Assembly (NCBI RefSeq): GCF_009914755.1
Contig: NC_060928.1
Reading direction: 5' to 3' (one strand)
From: the human T2T-CHM13v2.0 reference genome, Homo sapiens
Length of the DNA: 64,000 nucleotides
Shown here piece after piece: positions 47,465-64,000 of the stretch. The position numbers were made by a program, and so were the translations under genes. The notes under the pieces are model-generated. The model worked only from the letters and a program-made list of their open reading frames with translations. It searched no databases and was not told the DNA's origin. Every line of letters begins with the position of its first letter. The stretch's first letter is position 1.

Positions 47465-48879
47465 CATGGTACAAGTGCTACCAGATGAAGAGGAAGGAAT
47501 TTATATAGGCAATATAAAATAATTATAAATAAATCAATGCTGCAAATGAAGGTAGTTAAGAAGAAGTCTTTCTCAATGAAAATATCCCCATATATCAAGG
47601 CATGATTCAAGCAAGCGTGCATGGATGAAATGGTAAACTTTGAAACATCTTTTATTCAAAGAGTATGTCTAGTTGTACCTGTGATTACATGCTTTAGAAG
47701 CACTTTTTTAATTGAATGCAATTTCATAGCAGTTATTAGAATGATCCATGCCATGGAAATTAATTTTCAATAATTTAGATACTGTCAGCTACCATCAACT
47801 CTGTAATCTTGCTTGTATTTTAAGTCTAACACAGAACCCTGTTTTTGTTTTCCATAGTTCCTCAGAAAGATGGCTTATAAAAGATTCCTTTCTTGTATGC
47901 AACATAAAGCAATCTGACTAAATTAAACAGAACAGAATTTATTGGAAGAAAATGGTATAACACAGAATCTGAGGAATAATTTATAGCCTCTGGAATTATC
48001 CATCCAAGTGTCATTCAATCAGATTCAGTTTCAGGGAAGAGAATCTAGTTGATCACGTCTAGGGTACTTACCTACTCTGGGCTAGGGATTGCCTCCACTG
48101 AAGGTCCCACCATAACTTCTCAAAAAGGGAGAAGTAATTCTCTCAAAGGAAATCAGAACACTATTATCAGAAGAGTGATTGAGTGCTGGGCAGCCAAAGC
48201 GGCAAACAGAGTTACTATAATTCTGTTGATAAAAGCAAAACTTCAGCCTAAGACACATAGTAAAATACCAATCAACACTCCTTCTTTCCTCATGTTCTGC
48301 TCTCCTGTCCTTCATGGTTTACAGAATAAATGGATATAACCGAATGGGGAAATATCAGCAATTGACCTTGAGCTTGACAGGACAAATTGTAATCATCAGG
48401 TTTTTATCTTTTCTTATTATAGCTCTTTATACACTAAAGATCGTTTATATTTTTTGGCAGAACACATAGCTTTATAGACAAATAGATCTAATTTGAAGTT
48501 CAATTTGCATATTTAGTAGAAAATTTCCTAGCAAATAACTTGCCTCCACTGAAGATTCATCTCTTCCTATTAATGATGCTAACACCTACCTCACGGAATT
48601 CATTTGAGAACTTATTTCTGATACTTAAGAAATGCTCAATAAAAGGTGTTGGTGTTGGTGGTAACACAATAGTAATTATAAATTATCCACATGGTATATT
48701 TATCAACAAGGAAATTCTCTCTGTTGATGAAAGAAGTCACTCAACAAATATTTATTGAACGCTTTATTATGTACCAAAATCTAGTGTGAGAGATAGGCAT
48801 GTTAGCAAGTAGTTACAGATAATATAACTTCTTTTTTTTTTCTTTTACTGTGGCACTTCCACGTTTAAAATCTTTAATA

Positions 48880-51140
<2,261 letters not shown>

Positions 51141-51643
51141 TTTTCTTTTCTTTTTTTCTTTTCTTTTTTTTTCTTTCATTGGTGTTGAAATAACATCATA
51201 ACTTCAATAACAAAAAGCCACGGAAGCACAGAAAAGAAAACACTTAACTCTTCCCCTGAGGGATAGAAAGCAGTCACTTGCAGCACAATAGGAGCTGTGT
51301 AACTGCATTTACGTATACTAACCATTGCGAGTACGATAACGGTTTCTCTGGAGGGATTCATTCTCTTGATCACATCTAACAGTTTGTATTCTAAGACATG
51401 TCTAACACTTGTTATGTTTATTATGCCTATTTGCTACTCTCACCCACACATTCTTTAACAATGAAATCAAGCTAATGATAATTGGATGTAAGTTTAAAGT
51501 TTCAGAATCCCTAATGTTTTAGTCCTCTCAATTTCATCTTAAGACATTTTCTTTCTACCGATAAAATGTAGGAAATAAATATGAATGTATGGTGACACTG
51601 AATTAAATGGAAAATCTTATTTTACTTTCTCTTTGTACACCAG

Positions 51644-51873
51644 ATATTTTAAGAAATTCCAGTACTGTGGGTATGCACCACATGTTCGCAGCTGTAAACC
51701 AAACACTGATGGAATTTCATCTCTAGAGAATCTCTTGGCAAGCATTATTCAGAGAGTATTTGTCTGGGTTGTATCTGCAGTTACCTGCTTTGGAAACATT
51801 TTTGTCATTTGCATGCGACCTTATATCAGGTCTGAGAACAAGCTGTATGCCATGTCAATCATTTCTCTCTGCT
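51644..51873 (+). CDS. RXFP1: RXFP1 exon 15 (LRR C-cap/hinge, TM1, start of TM2), 230 nt
   Basis: caccag|A TAT...TGC T|gtgagt; [58 protein letters not shown]...SIISLC. Confidence 0.97.
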
Positions 51874-53525
51874 GTGAGTATTTCCTGGTTAAAGGAGAAT
51901 TGTAGTTTTGAAATATACAAAAGCTTTATTATTAGAAAATAAGTTGTGTGAGTGGTAGAATTATGGAATTTTACATTTTTCTCCTTTTTGCTTGTATGCT
52001 GTTTTCACATTTTCTACAAAGAAAATAGAATTACTTTAGCAATAAAAAAATATGTTTTTTAAACTAGGAAATTTAATCACCTTATGCAAATTAAGGAAGC
52101 TTTCATTTATTAGTTCTCTCTCATACAGTGGCTCTGAAGGCACAATATTTTGTTGACGCATCTAAAATCTTTTACTACAAATAAAATTGCAACCTCCTAT
52201 GGTCACAATTTTACATGCAGACCTATACTTACTTTTTTATGTGTATGTCCAGTTCACAGATATTGACTTAACAACTACATGTTTTCCTGATCTCTGAGCT
52301 ACTAGAAGTTTTTTCCACTCTAACTGAAATGTGTAAATAAGAAAATATTTTTAGGGAGTATTCATTTTTTCAAAAAGTGTGCGCAATGTAATGGCAAGGT
52401 GTTATGTTAAATGAACACTGCAAAGAAAAATAAGGAAGAAACCAGTCCTCAGGATGTTTGTAGTCTAGGTCAAGTGTTCTAGAATTTATCCATGCTCCCT
52501 CAAGCAAGTAAAGCATCAATCTACATGAGGTTCTACTTTTGTATGTGTGCTGCCCCCATGTGCTGTCCCCATCCTTATTCAAAGTCTAATGTCTAAATGT
52601 TTTTTTTTTATTGCAAGCTATGTAAGAAACAGAACTCAGAAGCCATTTACTATTTTGTATTGCTAGCTACAAAATTTTTAGTAAGTTCAATTTCCTTGGT
52701 GAAGCCTAGACTGTAACTTCAGAGTTAAAGGCTTAGGGTCAGCCTTGTGATTTATACAGTGATGTGATTTTAGGGATTTTGTGTAGAATGCTTGTGCGAT
52801 CCAAAAATCTCACCCACTTTCTGATATGTAACGTTTGCTTAAAAAGAAATATGCCAAGTAGTGTAAGAGAGCTAATTCCTGGGATCGGAGACCCTAAAAA
52901 GAGACAGAAAAAGATGTAAAAATTGAAAGAGAGAGAAAACAGTTTTGCTTAGACCAACTCTGGTAAGTAATTTAAGCCCCTTAAAATTGTACTGACTGCA
53001 AAGCAGTTCATAATTATACATATCTCTTAAATTATAGGCTTCAGAATTCAGTCATTATTCTATCATAGGAACTTGTGAATTACTTTCTCCAAGATTTTAT
53101 ATGACACCTTGAGCTTGTTGCGTTGGGAGAATTTCAGTGGAAGAGCAGAACCAAGTAATGCCATCCTCATCTGAGTCCCTAACTGAATGCTCTACGTGAT
53201 TGCATTTTGTTCATTTATTCGACACTTCTATGTGATGGGTCTAGAACAATAGACAAGATCTGTGCTGTTAGAGACTTGCACTTTAAAGGAAAATGAAGAA
53301 ATGATTGCATAATTAACTGTAGAGAGTAACTTTGAGAGTGGTTACCAAAGAGAGTCTATGAATAGATCCTCATCTGTAAATGAATTATTAGGAGAATAAA
53401 AATTACCTCTTCCTAAGTTGGAAGAAACTTGACTATTTTTTCTAGCATTAAAAATATTATTGCTTATTGATGATTTTATGATACCTATTTATTTCTCTAA
53501 ATTTGTGAAACTATGACTCCTCTAG

Positions 53526-53936
53526 GTGCCGACTGCTTAATGGGAATATATTTATTCGTGATCGGAGGCTTTGACCTAAAGTTTCGTGGAGAATACAATA
53601 AGCATGCGCAGCTGTGGATGGAGAGTACTCATTGTCAGCTTGTAGGATCTTTGGCCATTCTGTCCACAGAAGTATCAGTTTTACTGTTAACATTTCTGAC
53701 ATTGGAAAAATACATCTGCATTGTCTATCCTTTTAGATGTGTGAGACCTGGAAAATGCAGAACAATTACAGTTCTGATTCTCATTTGGATTACTGGTTTT
53801 ATAGTGGCTTTCATTCCATTGAGCAATAAGGAATTTTTCAAAAACTACTATGGCACCAATGGAGTATGCTTCCCTCTTCATTCAGAAGATACAGAAAGTA
53901 TTGGAGCCCAGATTTATTCAGTGGCAATTTTTCTTG
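53526..53936 (+). CDS. RXFP1: RXFP1 exon 16 (TM2-TM5 start), 411 nt
   Basis: ctctag|GT GCC...CTT G|gtaaga; [13 protein letters not shown]...[13 protein letters not shown]...[25 protein letters not shown]. Confidence 0.97.
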
Positions 53937-54322
53937 GTAAGAAACTAAGAAACTAATGTTCACAAGTTTTTATTTCAAATCTTCCAACCAGTTTTTGTTA
54001 GTAAGAATGAGGGTGAATTCTATCAGAATCCCCAGCAAGGATTTTCCTCCCCAAATTATACTCTGATATAAATTCCAACCTGACACAGCTTAATAAAAGA
54101 CACTAAACACCTGTATTTCATGTATTCACCCTAAACATGCTAAGCAACATATGTTTTGGCTCTTTGTTTTACAATATGAACATAATGATATTTATTATCT
54201 TTTCAAATTCATGGCAACACACATCTTTGGCTTGTGAGTATACATACAACTGTTCTAAATCAGCAATGTAAAAATATTTTCAGAGTACAGCAAAAAGTAA
54301 CTGAATTAGAAAAAAATCACTA

Positions 54323-54925
<603 letters not shown>

Positions 54926-55234
54926 AAAACATCACTAATACTAGAAAGCTTAAAAACCCAAGATATTCATTGAATTACTGTAATTTCAATATCTCATTTT
55001 AAAAGTAAACATTTTATCATTCTTCACTACTTCCACAAAACCTCATCTCAAAAAAATTCACGATTTTTGTGGACTTTAGTAATTCTTTGTGAAGAAAAAA
55101 CCCACACATTATAGTCTTTGTATCTTTAGTAATAACATCTTTGTATCTTTAATAATAAAAATGTTTTATTTATGTTTGTTCATTTTGAAAGAAATATTTC
55201 TATGCATTAATAATACTGTTTGTATTCCAAATAG

Positions 55235-55453
55235 GTATTAATTTGGCCGCATTTATCATCATAGTTTTTTCCTATGGAAGCATGTTTTATAGTGTTCATC
55301 AAAGTGCCATAACAGCAACTGAAATACGGAATCAAGTTAAAAAAGAGATGATCCTTGCCAAACGTTTTTTCTTTATAGTATTTACTGATGCATTATGCTG
55401 GATACCCATTTTTGTAGTGAAATTTCTTTCACTGCTTCAGGTAGAAATACCAG
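55235..55453 (+). CDS. RXFP1: RXFP1 exon 17 (TM5-ICL3-TM6), 219 nt
   Basis: aaatag|GT ATT...CCA G|gtacaa; [13 protein letters not shown]...[33 protein letters not shown]. Confidence 0.96.
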
Positions 55454-55566
55454 GTACAATATTTTTTAATCTCCTTAAAGAAATAATAAATCTGTTTTTA
55501 CAGTGTTCTTTTAAGGAAAACAATTAAAATTCTTAACACTAAACAATTCAAAGAATTGTACATCAG

Positions 55567-57880
55567 ATCCGAGCACAGTGGCTCATGCCTATAATCCCAG
55601 CACTCTGGGAGGCCAAGACGGGCAGCTCACTTGAGGTCAGGAGTTTGAGACCAGCCTGGCCAACATGGGGAAACCCCATCTCTGCTAAAAATACAAAAAC
55701 TAGCTGGGCATGGTGGTGCACCGCTGCAGTCCCAACTACTCAGGAGGCTAAGGCATGAGAATTGCTTGAACTCAGGAGGCAGAGGTGGCAGTGAGCCGAA
55801 ATTGCACCACTACACTCCAGCCTGGGTGACAGAGCCAAAAAAAAAAATTGTAAAAATTGTAAGTCAGAGTTGTAGGTACTTTTGGCTCTGCTCATCAATA
55901 TAACATTTACTGGGGAAGAACTGTTTATTTTTTTCCATAAATGCCTAACAATACAATTACTATGGAACAAAGAAGCAATGAGTGACCAAAATAAATTCCA
56001 CACGGTGTTGAAATTCTAATCATCACATGCTTAAGGTGACTAGAAAGGAAAACAGGCCAAAACAATTCTTAAATAATTACTGCATTTTTTTTCAAAATGT
56101 AAGAAAATTTTCTTCCTGTAATACATGCAATTTAGAGAAGATCATGCCAGAGTGTGAGAGATAATAGAAGCAAACATTCTTGGCATTTAGAAAGAACGTT
56201 GGCTGGCATGTTGCCTCACGCCTGTAATCTGGCACTTTGGGAGGCCAATGTGGGAGGATCACTTGGGCCCAGGAGTTCAAAGCTGCAGTGAGCCATGATT
56301 GCACCACTGCACTCCCGTCTGGGTGACAGAGCAAGATCCTGTCTCAAAAAAATAAAAATAAGAAATAAAAAATAAACAATGTGCATTACATCCATTAGGA
56401 TGACTACTATTTTAAAAAAACACACATACAAAAAAATAAGTGTTGGTAAAGTTGTGGAGAAATTAGAATCCTTGTGAATTGCTGGTAGAAAAATAAAATG
56501 GTACAGCTGCTATGGAAGACAATATGGCAGTCCCTCAAAAATTTAAACCATCCAATGGTTTAGTTACCATCCAATGTGGAAATGGTCCAGTTACCATCCA
56601 ATGTGGAAATTCTCCTTCTAAGGAAAAAACCAAAACAATTGAAAGCAGGGACTCAAAGAGATATTTGTACACCCATGTTCATTGCAGCATTATTCACAAT
56701 AGCCAAAAGTTAGAAGCAATACAAATGTCCATAGATTGGTAAATGGATAAACAAAATGTGGTACATACGCACAATGGATTAGTATTTAGTCTTGTAAAGG
56801 AAGGAGATTTTGACAAATGCTGCAATATAGATGAACCTTGAAGATACTGTGCTAAGTGAAATAAGTTAGACACAAAAGGACAAATATTTTATTTCACTTA
56901 CATGACGTTTCTGATATAGTTAGATTCATAGAACATAGAACGGTGTTTTCTAGGGGTTGGGGGAAGGGAGAATGGAGAGTGTTTAATAGGCATAGAGTTT
57001 CAGTTTGGGAGATGAAATTCTGGAGATGGATGGTGGTTATGGTACAATGATATGAACGTACTTAATGCCACTGAGCTGTCCACTTAAAATGGTTACATGG
57101 TAAATTTTATGTTATGCATATTTTACCACAATGAAAATGCATATATCCTGTTAAATATATATAAATATATATATATATATATAATGCAGTTTGTATTCAC
57201 ATTTTAAAATTTTCATGTAGCAGGGCGCAGTGGCTCACACCTGAAATCCCAGCACTTTGGGAGGCTGAGGTGGGCAGATCACTTGAGGTCAGGAGTTGGA
57301 GACCAGCCTGGCCAACATGGTGAAACCCCATCTCTACTCAAAATACAAAAATTTAGCTGCGCCTGGTGGCATGCACTTGTAGTCCCAGCTACTTGGGAGG
57401 CTGAGGCATGAGAATGCTTGAACTTGGGAGGCAGAGACTTCAGTGAGCGGAGATTGTGCCATTGCACTACAACCTGGGTGATAGAGCAAGACTCTATCTC
57501 AGGAAAAAAAAACAATTGTATATATTAATACATAATTTTAATTGTGTTCTGTACTATGGATGATGGTGATAGTATCTTACATTTTATGAACAACAAAAAG
57601 AAGGCCAAGTGGTGAAGACTGATTGAACCCAGGAGATTGAAACCAACCTGGACAACACAGGGAGACCCTGAGACCCCAACTCTTCAAAAAATAAAAAAAT
57701 AAAAAATTAACCAGGCATGGTGGCACATGCCTGTGGTCCCAGCTACTCAAGAGGGTGAGGTACAAGGATCGCTTGGGCCCAGGAGGTCAAGACTGCAGTG
57801 AGCCATGTTCACACCACTGCACTCCAGCCTGAGCGACAGCATGAGACCCTGTCTCAAAAACAAAAACATAAAAACAAAGA
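55567..57880 (+). mobile_element. Sense Alus in intron 17 (55567-55847, FRAM-like 56201-56375, 57219-57512, 57603-57880)
   Basis: Alu consensus motifs with A tails. Confidence 0.85.
56380..57135 (+). mobile_element. L1MB-like 3' end
   Basis: cacccatgttcattgcagcattattcacaatagccaaaa...cttaatgccactgagctgtccacttaaaatggtta. Confidence 0.85.
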
Positions 57881-58488
57881 GTAATGACAGCATCAATTAA
57901 ATTATAATCAAATCAGAGTATTTTGGTATTTCTATATATATTAGAGTGATTTTTAAGATGGGTTTAGCCAAAGTTATTTTTTACAGAAATAAATATCTGG
58001 TCAAAAGCTAAAAAAATGCACACTTTGTTTTAAAATCAAATGGCAAAAAAGAAATCTATTAAATACAAGCTTACATATTCTGACAAATACTATATGCACC
58101 ATTAAAATACTCAAAAAGTGTTTTAATTATTAAGCACTTAAATTTATGACTTAAATACTAAACAATATGTTTTTCCTAAAATATAATCATAATATGTAAT
58201 CACTTTGTGAAAAATATTTCTACCTAAAGGAATATTTTTGTTAGTGTATTCAAGAAGAGCTACTTAGCAAAGAATACCATTCTTTTTCAGCACTAGCATT
58301 CCCCTCACACACTGGCACTCTGGAAAGATATCTTGGAAACAAATATAGACTTGGTATTTAATTATGTGACATCAAAGGAAAAAAATCAAAACTCAAAAAG
58401 GGGTTGGGATGAAAGAAACAGGGAAATTGGGTTTCTATACCTTGTAAACATCTATAAACACTAAAACTATTTCATTTTTCTTTTTTAG

Positions 58489-58787
58489 GTACCATAACCT
58501 CTTGGGTAGTGATTTTTATTCTGCCCATTAACAGTGCTTTGAACCCAATTCTCTATACTCTGACCACAAGACCATTTAAAGAAATGATTCATCGGTTTTG
58601 GTATAACTACAGACAAAGAAAATCTATGGACAGCAAAGGTCAGAAAACATATGCTCCATCATTCATCTGGGTGGAAATGTGGCCACTGCAGGAGATGCCA
58701 CCTGAGTTAATGAAGCCGGACCTTTTCACATACCCCTGTGAAATGTCACTGATTTCTCAATCAACGAGACTCAATTCCTATTCATGA
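58489..58787 (+). CDS. RXFP1: RXFP1 exon 18 coding part (TM7, NPILY motif, C-tail, stop)
   Basis: ttttag|GT ACC; TITSWVVIFILPINSALNPILYTLTT...SQSTRLNSYS-TGA. Confidence 0.97.
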
Positions 58788-59019
58788 CTGACTCTGAAAT
58801 TCATTTCTTCGCAGAGAATACTGTGGGGGTGCTTCATGAGGGATTTACTGGTATGAAATGAATACCACAAAATTAATTTATAATAATAGCTAAGATAAAT
58901 ATTTTACAAGGACATGAGGAAAAATAAAAATGACTAATGCTCTTACAAAGGGAAGTAATTATATCAATAATGTATATATATTAGTAGACATTTTGCATAA
59001 GAAATTAAGAGAAATCTAC

Positions 59020-59140
59020 TTCAGTAACATTCATTCATTTTTCTAACATGCATTTATTGAGTACCCACTACTATGTGCATAGCATTGCAATATAGTCCTG
59101 GAAGTAGACAGTGCAGAACCTTTCAATCTGTAGATGGTGT
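59020..59140 (-). mobile_element. L2 3' end within the RXFP1 3'UTR
   Basis: cattcattcatt...catttattgagtacccactactatgtgc. Confidence 0.6.
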
Positions 59141-60073
59141 TTAATGACAAAAGACTATACAAAGTCCATCTGCAGTTCCTAGTTTAAAGTAGAGCTTTAC
59201 CTGTCATGTGCATCAGCAAGAATCATAGGCACTTTTAAATAAAGGTTTAAAGTTTTGGAATACTCAGTGTATTTGCATCATAGAAAATGTCTGACTGTTT
59301 GCAAAATAATATTCTGTTTTAAGAATCCATCTTACCTCTCTTTAAGTTTCCATACACTTGAGAGCCAACACAACATATTTATTACTAAAAAGATGCTTTG
59401 CTAGAAACTCAAAAACAGCACTTCTTTTGGCACTTCCTGCCCAGTTTTCTCTTTGCTTTAAATGAACATCATCATATGGAATTGGAATAGGAGAGTATGA
59501 GTACGGCAGAGAAGTGGATCAGAAAAACTAGAATGAGGATAAACATTTACATTAGTGGAAACTCCTGAAATAAATCCTTGTATTGTCAGTTAACTGATTT
59601 TCAACAAGGATGCCAAGACAAAAAGGCTTTTCAACAAACCGTGCTGTTTTAAGAACAGACCTAAGTGGTTTAATTCACCCACTTTAGATGGGTGAATGTT
59701 ATGGTGTGTGAAATATCTCAGTAAAGCAGTTAAAAGGAAAAAGAGCTGGAATGCACTGATTCAGGAACTTAATTTCAGGAAGGAAAGGTCTGTATGTACA
59801 CATTTCACTTTAAGCAGAAAATCTTTCTTCAAGAAATGACTTTACTTTCTCTTTGCACTGCCAGCACGTGAGATACTAACTTTTTAACTAGTTGTTCTTC
59901 TCTAGTCTCTACGTTATTAGAATTTTTTGCTTTCATAATGTGAAACCTTTAAGCAGGAGAAGAAAATGTTTTCAGATAGTTTCAAATACACCAAAAATGT
60001 TTGAAACACAAAAATACTGGAATCAAACCATAATGCACTTATTGAATATATAGTTGTATAGATTTGTTCTGAA

Positions 60074-60079
60074 AATAAA
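60074..60079 (+). terminator. Likely distal polyadenylation signal AATAAA
   Basis: Upstream TGTA element at ~60056 and downstream G/T-rich tract (cttcggggttttttt) ~30-45 nt later. Confidence 0.6.
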
Positions 60080-60271
60080 TTATCTGAAATTTAACTATTA
60101 AAAATGGATTGCTTCGGGGTTTTTTCTCTGCTTACTTGGAATAATCTCAATAAGTTTTCTACATGAAGAACATGGTATAATTTCAATATAACTCAGAGCA
60201 TAATAGAAAACTATAGTTCTGCTTATAATATTCAATAATATAACTACTGATAGTTCTATAATAAATAAAAT

Positions 60272-61804
<1,533 letters not shown>

Positions 61805-63158
61805 AATATTTTTATTAAAAAGAATAACCAAAAAAGAATAAAAACAATACTCATGGATACAAGAAATTTAGTCCAACAAAAATCATGGTCTTAACCTGTT
61901 TAAGAGTCTTAGAAATGCATTAAATTTACGAAGTACACATCTGAAACTTCCTTTAGCATTTAACATATTTTTAAACAACTTTCTAGAGGCCATTTGACTT
62001 CCTGTCTGCTCAACCCATTCGCTCTTCCACCCTTCGACCTCCTGAAATAGAGTAACTTCGATTTAATTTAATTTGATAAGTAATTATTAACATACTACAT
62101 AACTATCTCCTTAGAAACTTCCACAGATAATGCAACAGAAGCACTCAGTTAACTACGATTTGTATCAAGGTTTGCTTAGAAATGTAGCTTATAACCATGA
62201 TCTAGGTCAAATCAATCCTCTAAATCAAGCCAGCCTAAGTTGTTTTAAAAATCTAAAGTTTATATCAGGAAAACCTCAACTTTTATTTTTTACATTTTTT
62301 AAGAATTACTAATTCATCATACTAACACATCATCTCTCCTAAATGACTGGGTAAACCTTGGCAATTTAGATGTGGATAAAGTAGAAGGCAAAGAGCAAAG
62401 TGGAAGGAAGACACAGCTGGAATTGTAAAGCCATGCATTTTACTCGACAAAGTGTCAAGTGAATTGCTCTAGGTAAGAGACCTCAAAAATACAAAAAGTG
62501 GTTTACTTTTTATAAAATTGCTTCTCTTTTAGAGAAAATCTTTCACTGGAAGCTTCATTCACTCTTGTTTTAAGCCTTTTTCTTATCTACAGACTACTTT
62601 AATATGTCCTCAGATACCGTGGATATACTAATGATTCCCATATTTTTGCCTTTAGCTTATTCTATCCCCTAAACTGCCCACTTGTGTATACAACTGCCCA
62701 CTTGACATTTCCACTTGAGTATCTCACTGGCTTTTTAATGTCATTATTCTGCATTAAATAATAGACTAGAATCTGACATCTGATTCTTCTCCTATAGACC
62801 CTGTCTTGCTGAATTGCACCCGATGGCCCAAGCTCAAAATCTGGGAGTCATCCTTGACTCTTCCTTCTCCTTTATCCACAATATCAAATCACCCAGTCCT
62901 CCCTTGATTCTACCTCATACACATCTCTTAAATCCTTCCACTCTCTTCATCCCAATTCCCAGTACCTTAGTTTGGGCCAACATTATGTCTCATTGGGATA
63001 TTTGCAATAACCTTTTAACAAGCCTCCATACCTCCAGTTCTAATTTGGTCAATTGATCTTTATAGGTTTTTAGAGCTTACGAAAAAAATTAAAAATAATC
63101 TTAGAAAAAAAATTGAGTGTTATACAGTTACTAGCACAAATATTCTGCTTTTGGATGT

Positions 63159-63588
63159 TGTATTATTTTGGGTTTGCCATAGAAACAGAGAGAGAGATTC
63201 TAAGGAATTGTCTTATATGATTATGGAGACTGGCAACTCTAAACATCTGCAGGGCCAATGTCCCAATTGAAAGACACACAGGCTGTTTAGAACCAGGAAG
63301 AGCCAGTGCCAATTCAAAGGCTGTCAGGAAGAGCTGATTTTGGAAGACCAGGCCTTCAGGCAGAATTCTCCCTTGGTGGGGGAGGGTCAGCCCTTTGTTC
63401 TATTCAGGCCTTCTAGGGATAGGATGATCACAACACACACTAGAAAGGGCAATCCACTTTACTTAGTCCACTGATTTACATGTTGGCTTCATCCAAAAAC
63501 ATCCTGACTGAAAAGTGAGAATATTATCTAAACAAATATCTCGGGATCTGTAGCCCAGACAAGTTGAAACATAAAATTAACCATCACA
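63159..63588 (-). mobile_element. MLT2 (ERVL) LTR
   Basis: Ends in caagttgaaacataaaattaaccatcaca, the reverse complement of the MLT2 5' end. Confidence 0.75.
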
Positions 63589-63640
63589 CATGGGGAGAGT
63601 AAATAATATAATAAGCCTGAGTATTAATAAGTCTAGCTAG

Positions 63641-64000
<360 letters not shown>

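Larger units (their letters stand above)
58788..60100 (+). other. RXFP1: RXFP1 3'UTR (end approximate)
   Basis: Follows the stop codon; AT-rich, Alu-free until ~60270; AATAAA at 58923, 59238, 59569 and 60074. Confidence 0.7.

Noticed and set aside
51585-51643. In-frame ATGs upstream of exons 15 and 16 (51585, 53513) as starts of 7TM-only proteins
   Set aside because: They sit in intronic acceptor regions with no promoter evidence; short open extensions are expected by chance.

Overview
Primate (human or near-identical great ape) genomic DNA containing most of RXFP1 (LGR7, relaxin receptor 1) on the + strand. Sixteen coding exons (exons 3-18 of the known 18-exon structure; the signal-peptide and LDLa exons lie upstream of the window) can be read directly with GT-AG boundaries: linker exon, LRR N-cap exon, ten phase-2 LRR exons (nine of 72 nt, one of 75 nt), and four exons for the 7TM domain and C-tail (stop at 58787), then a ~1.3 kb 3'UTR. 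Introns hold about 40 Alus, L1/L2/MIR fragments, a full-length Tigger1 with three Alu insertions and an internal duplication, a solo ERV1 LTR, MaLR/MLT2 LTRs and microsatellites. I see no evidence of a wholly new gene or of prokaryotic-type systems. The most interesting signals are splice-level: an in-frame 81-nt upstream acceptor for exon 4 that adds a signal-peptide-like segment, a perfect 40-bp hairpin just upstream of it, poison/cryptic exons (6A, an intron-11 exon behind a duplicated acceptor, an intron-15 candidate) and several competing splice sites. Together they suggest a repertoire of truncated or decoy receptors, which remains a hypothesis. Exon and splice coordinates were counted base by base; repeat boundaries and subfamily names are approximate and from memory of consensus sequences.
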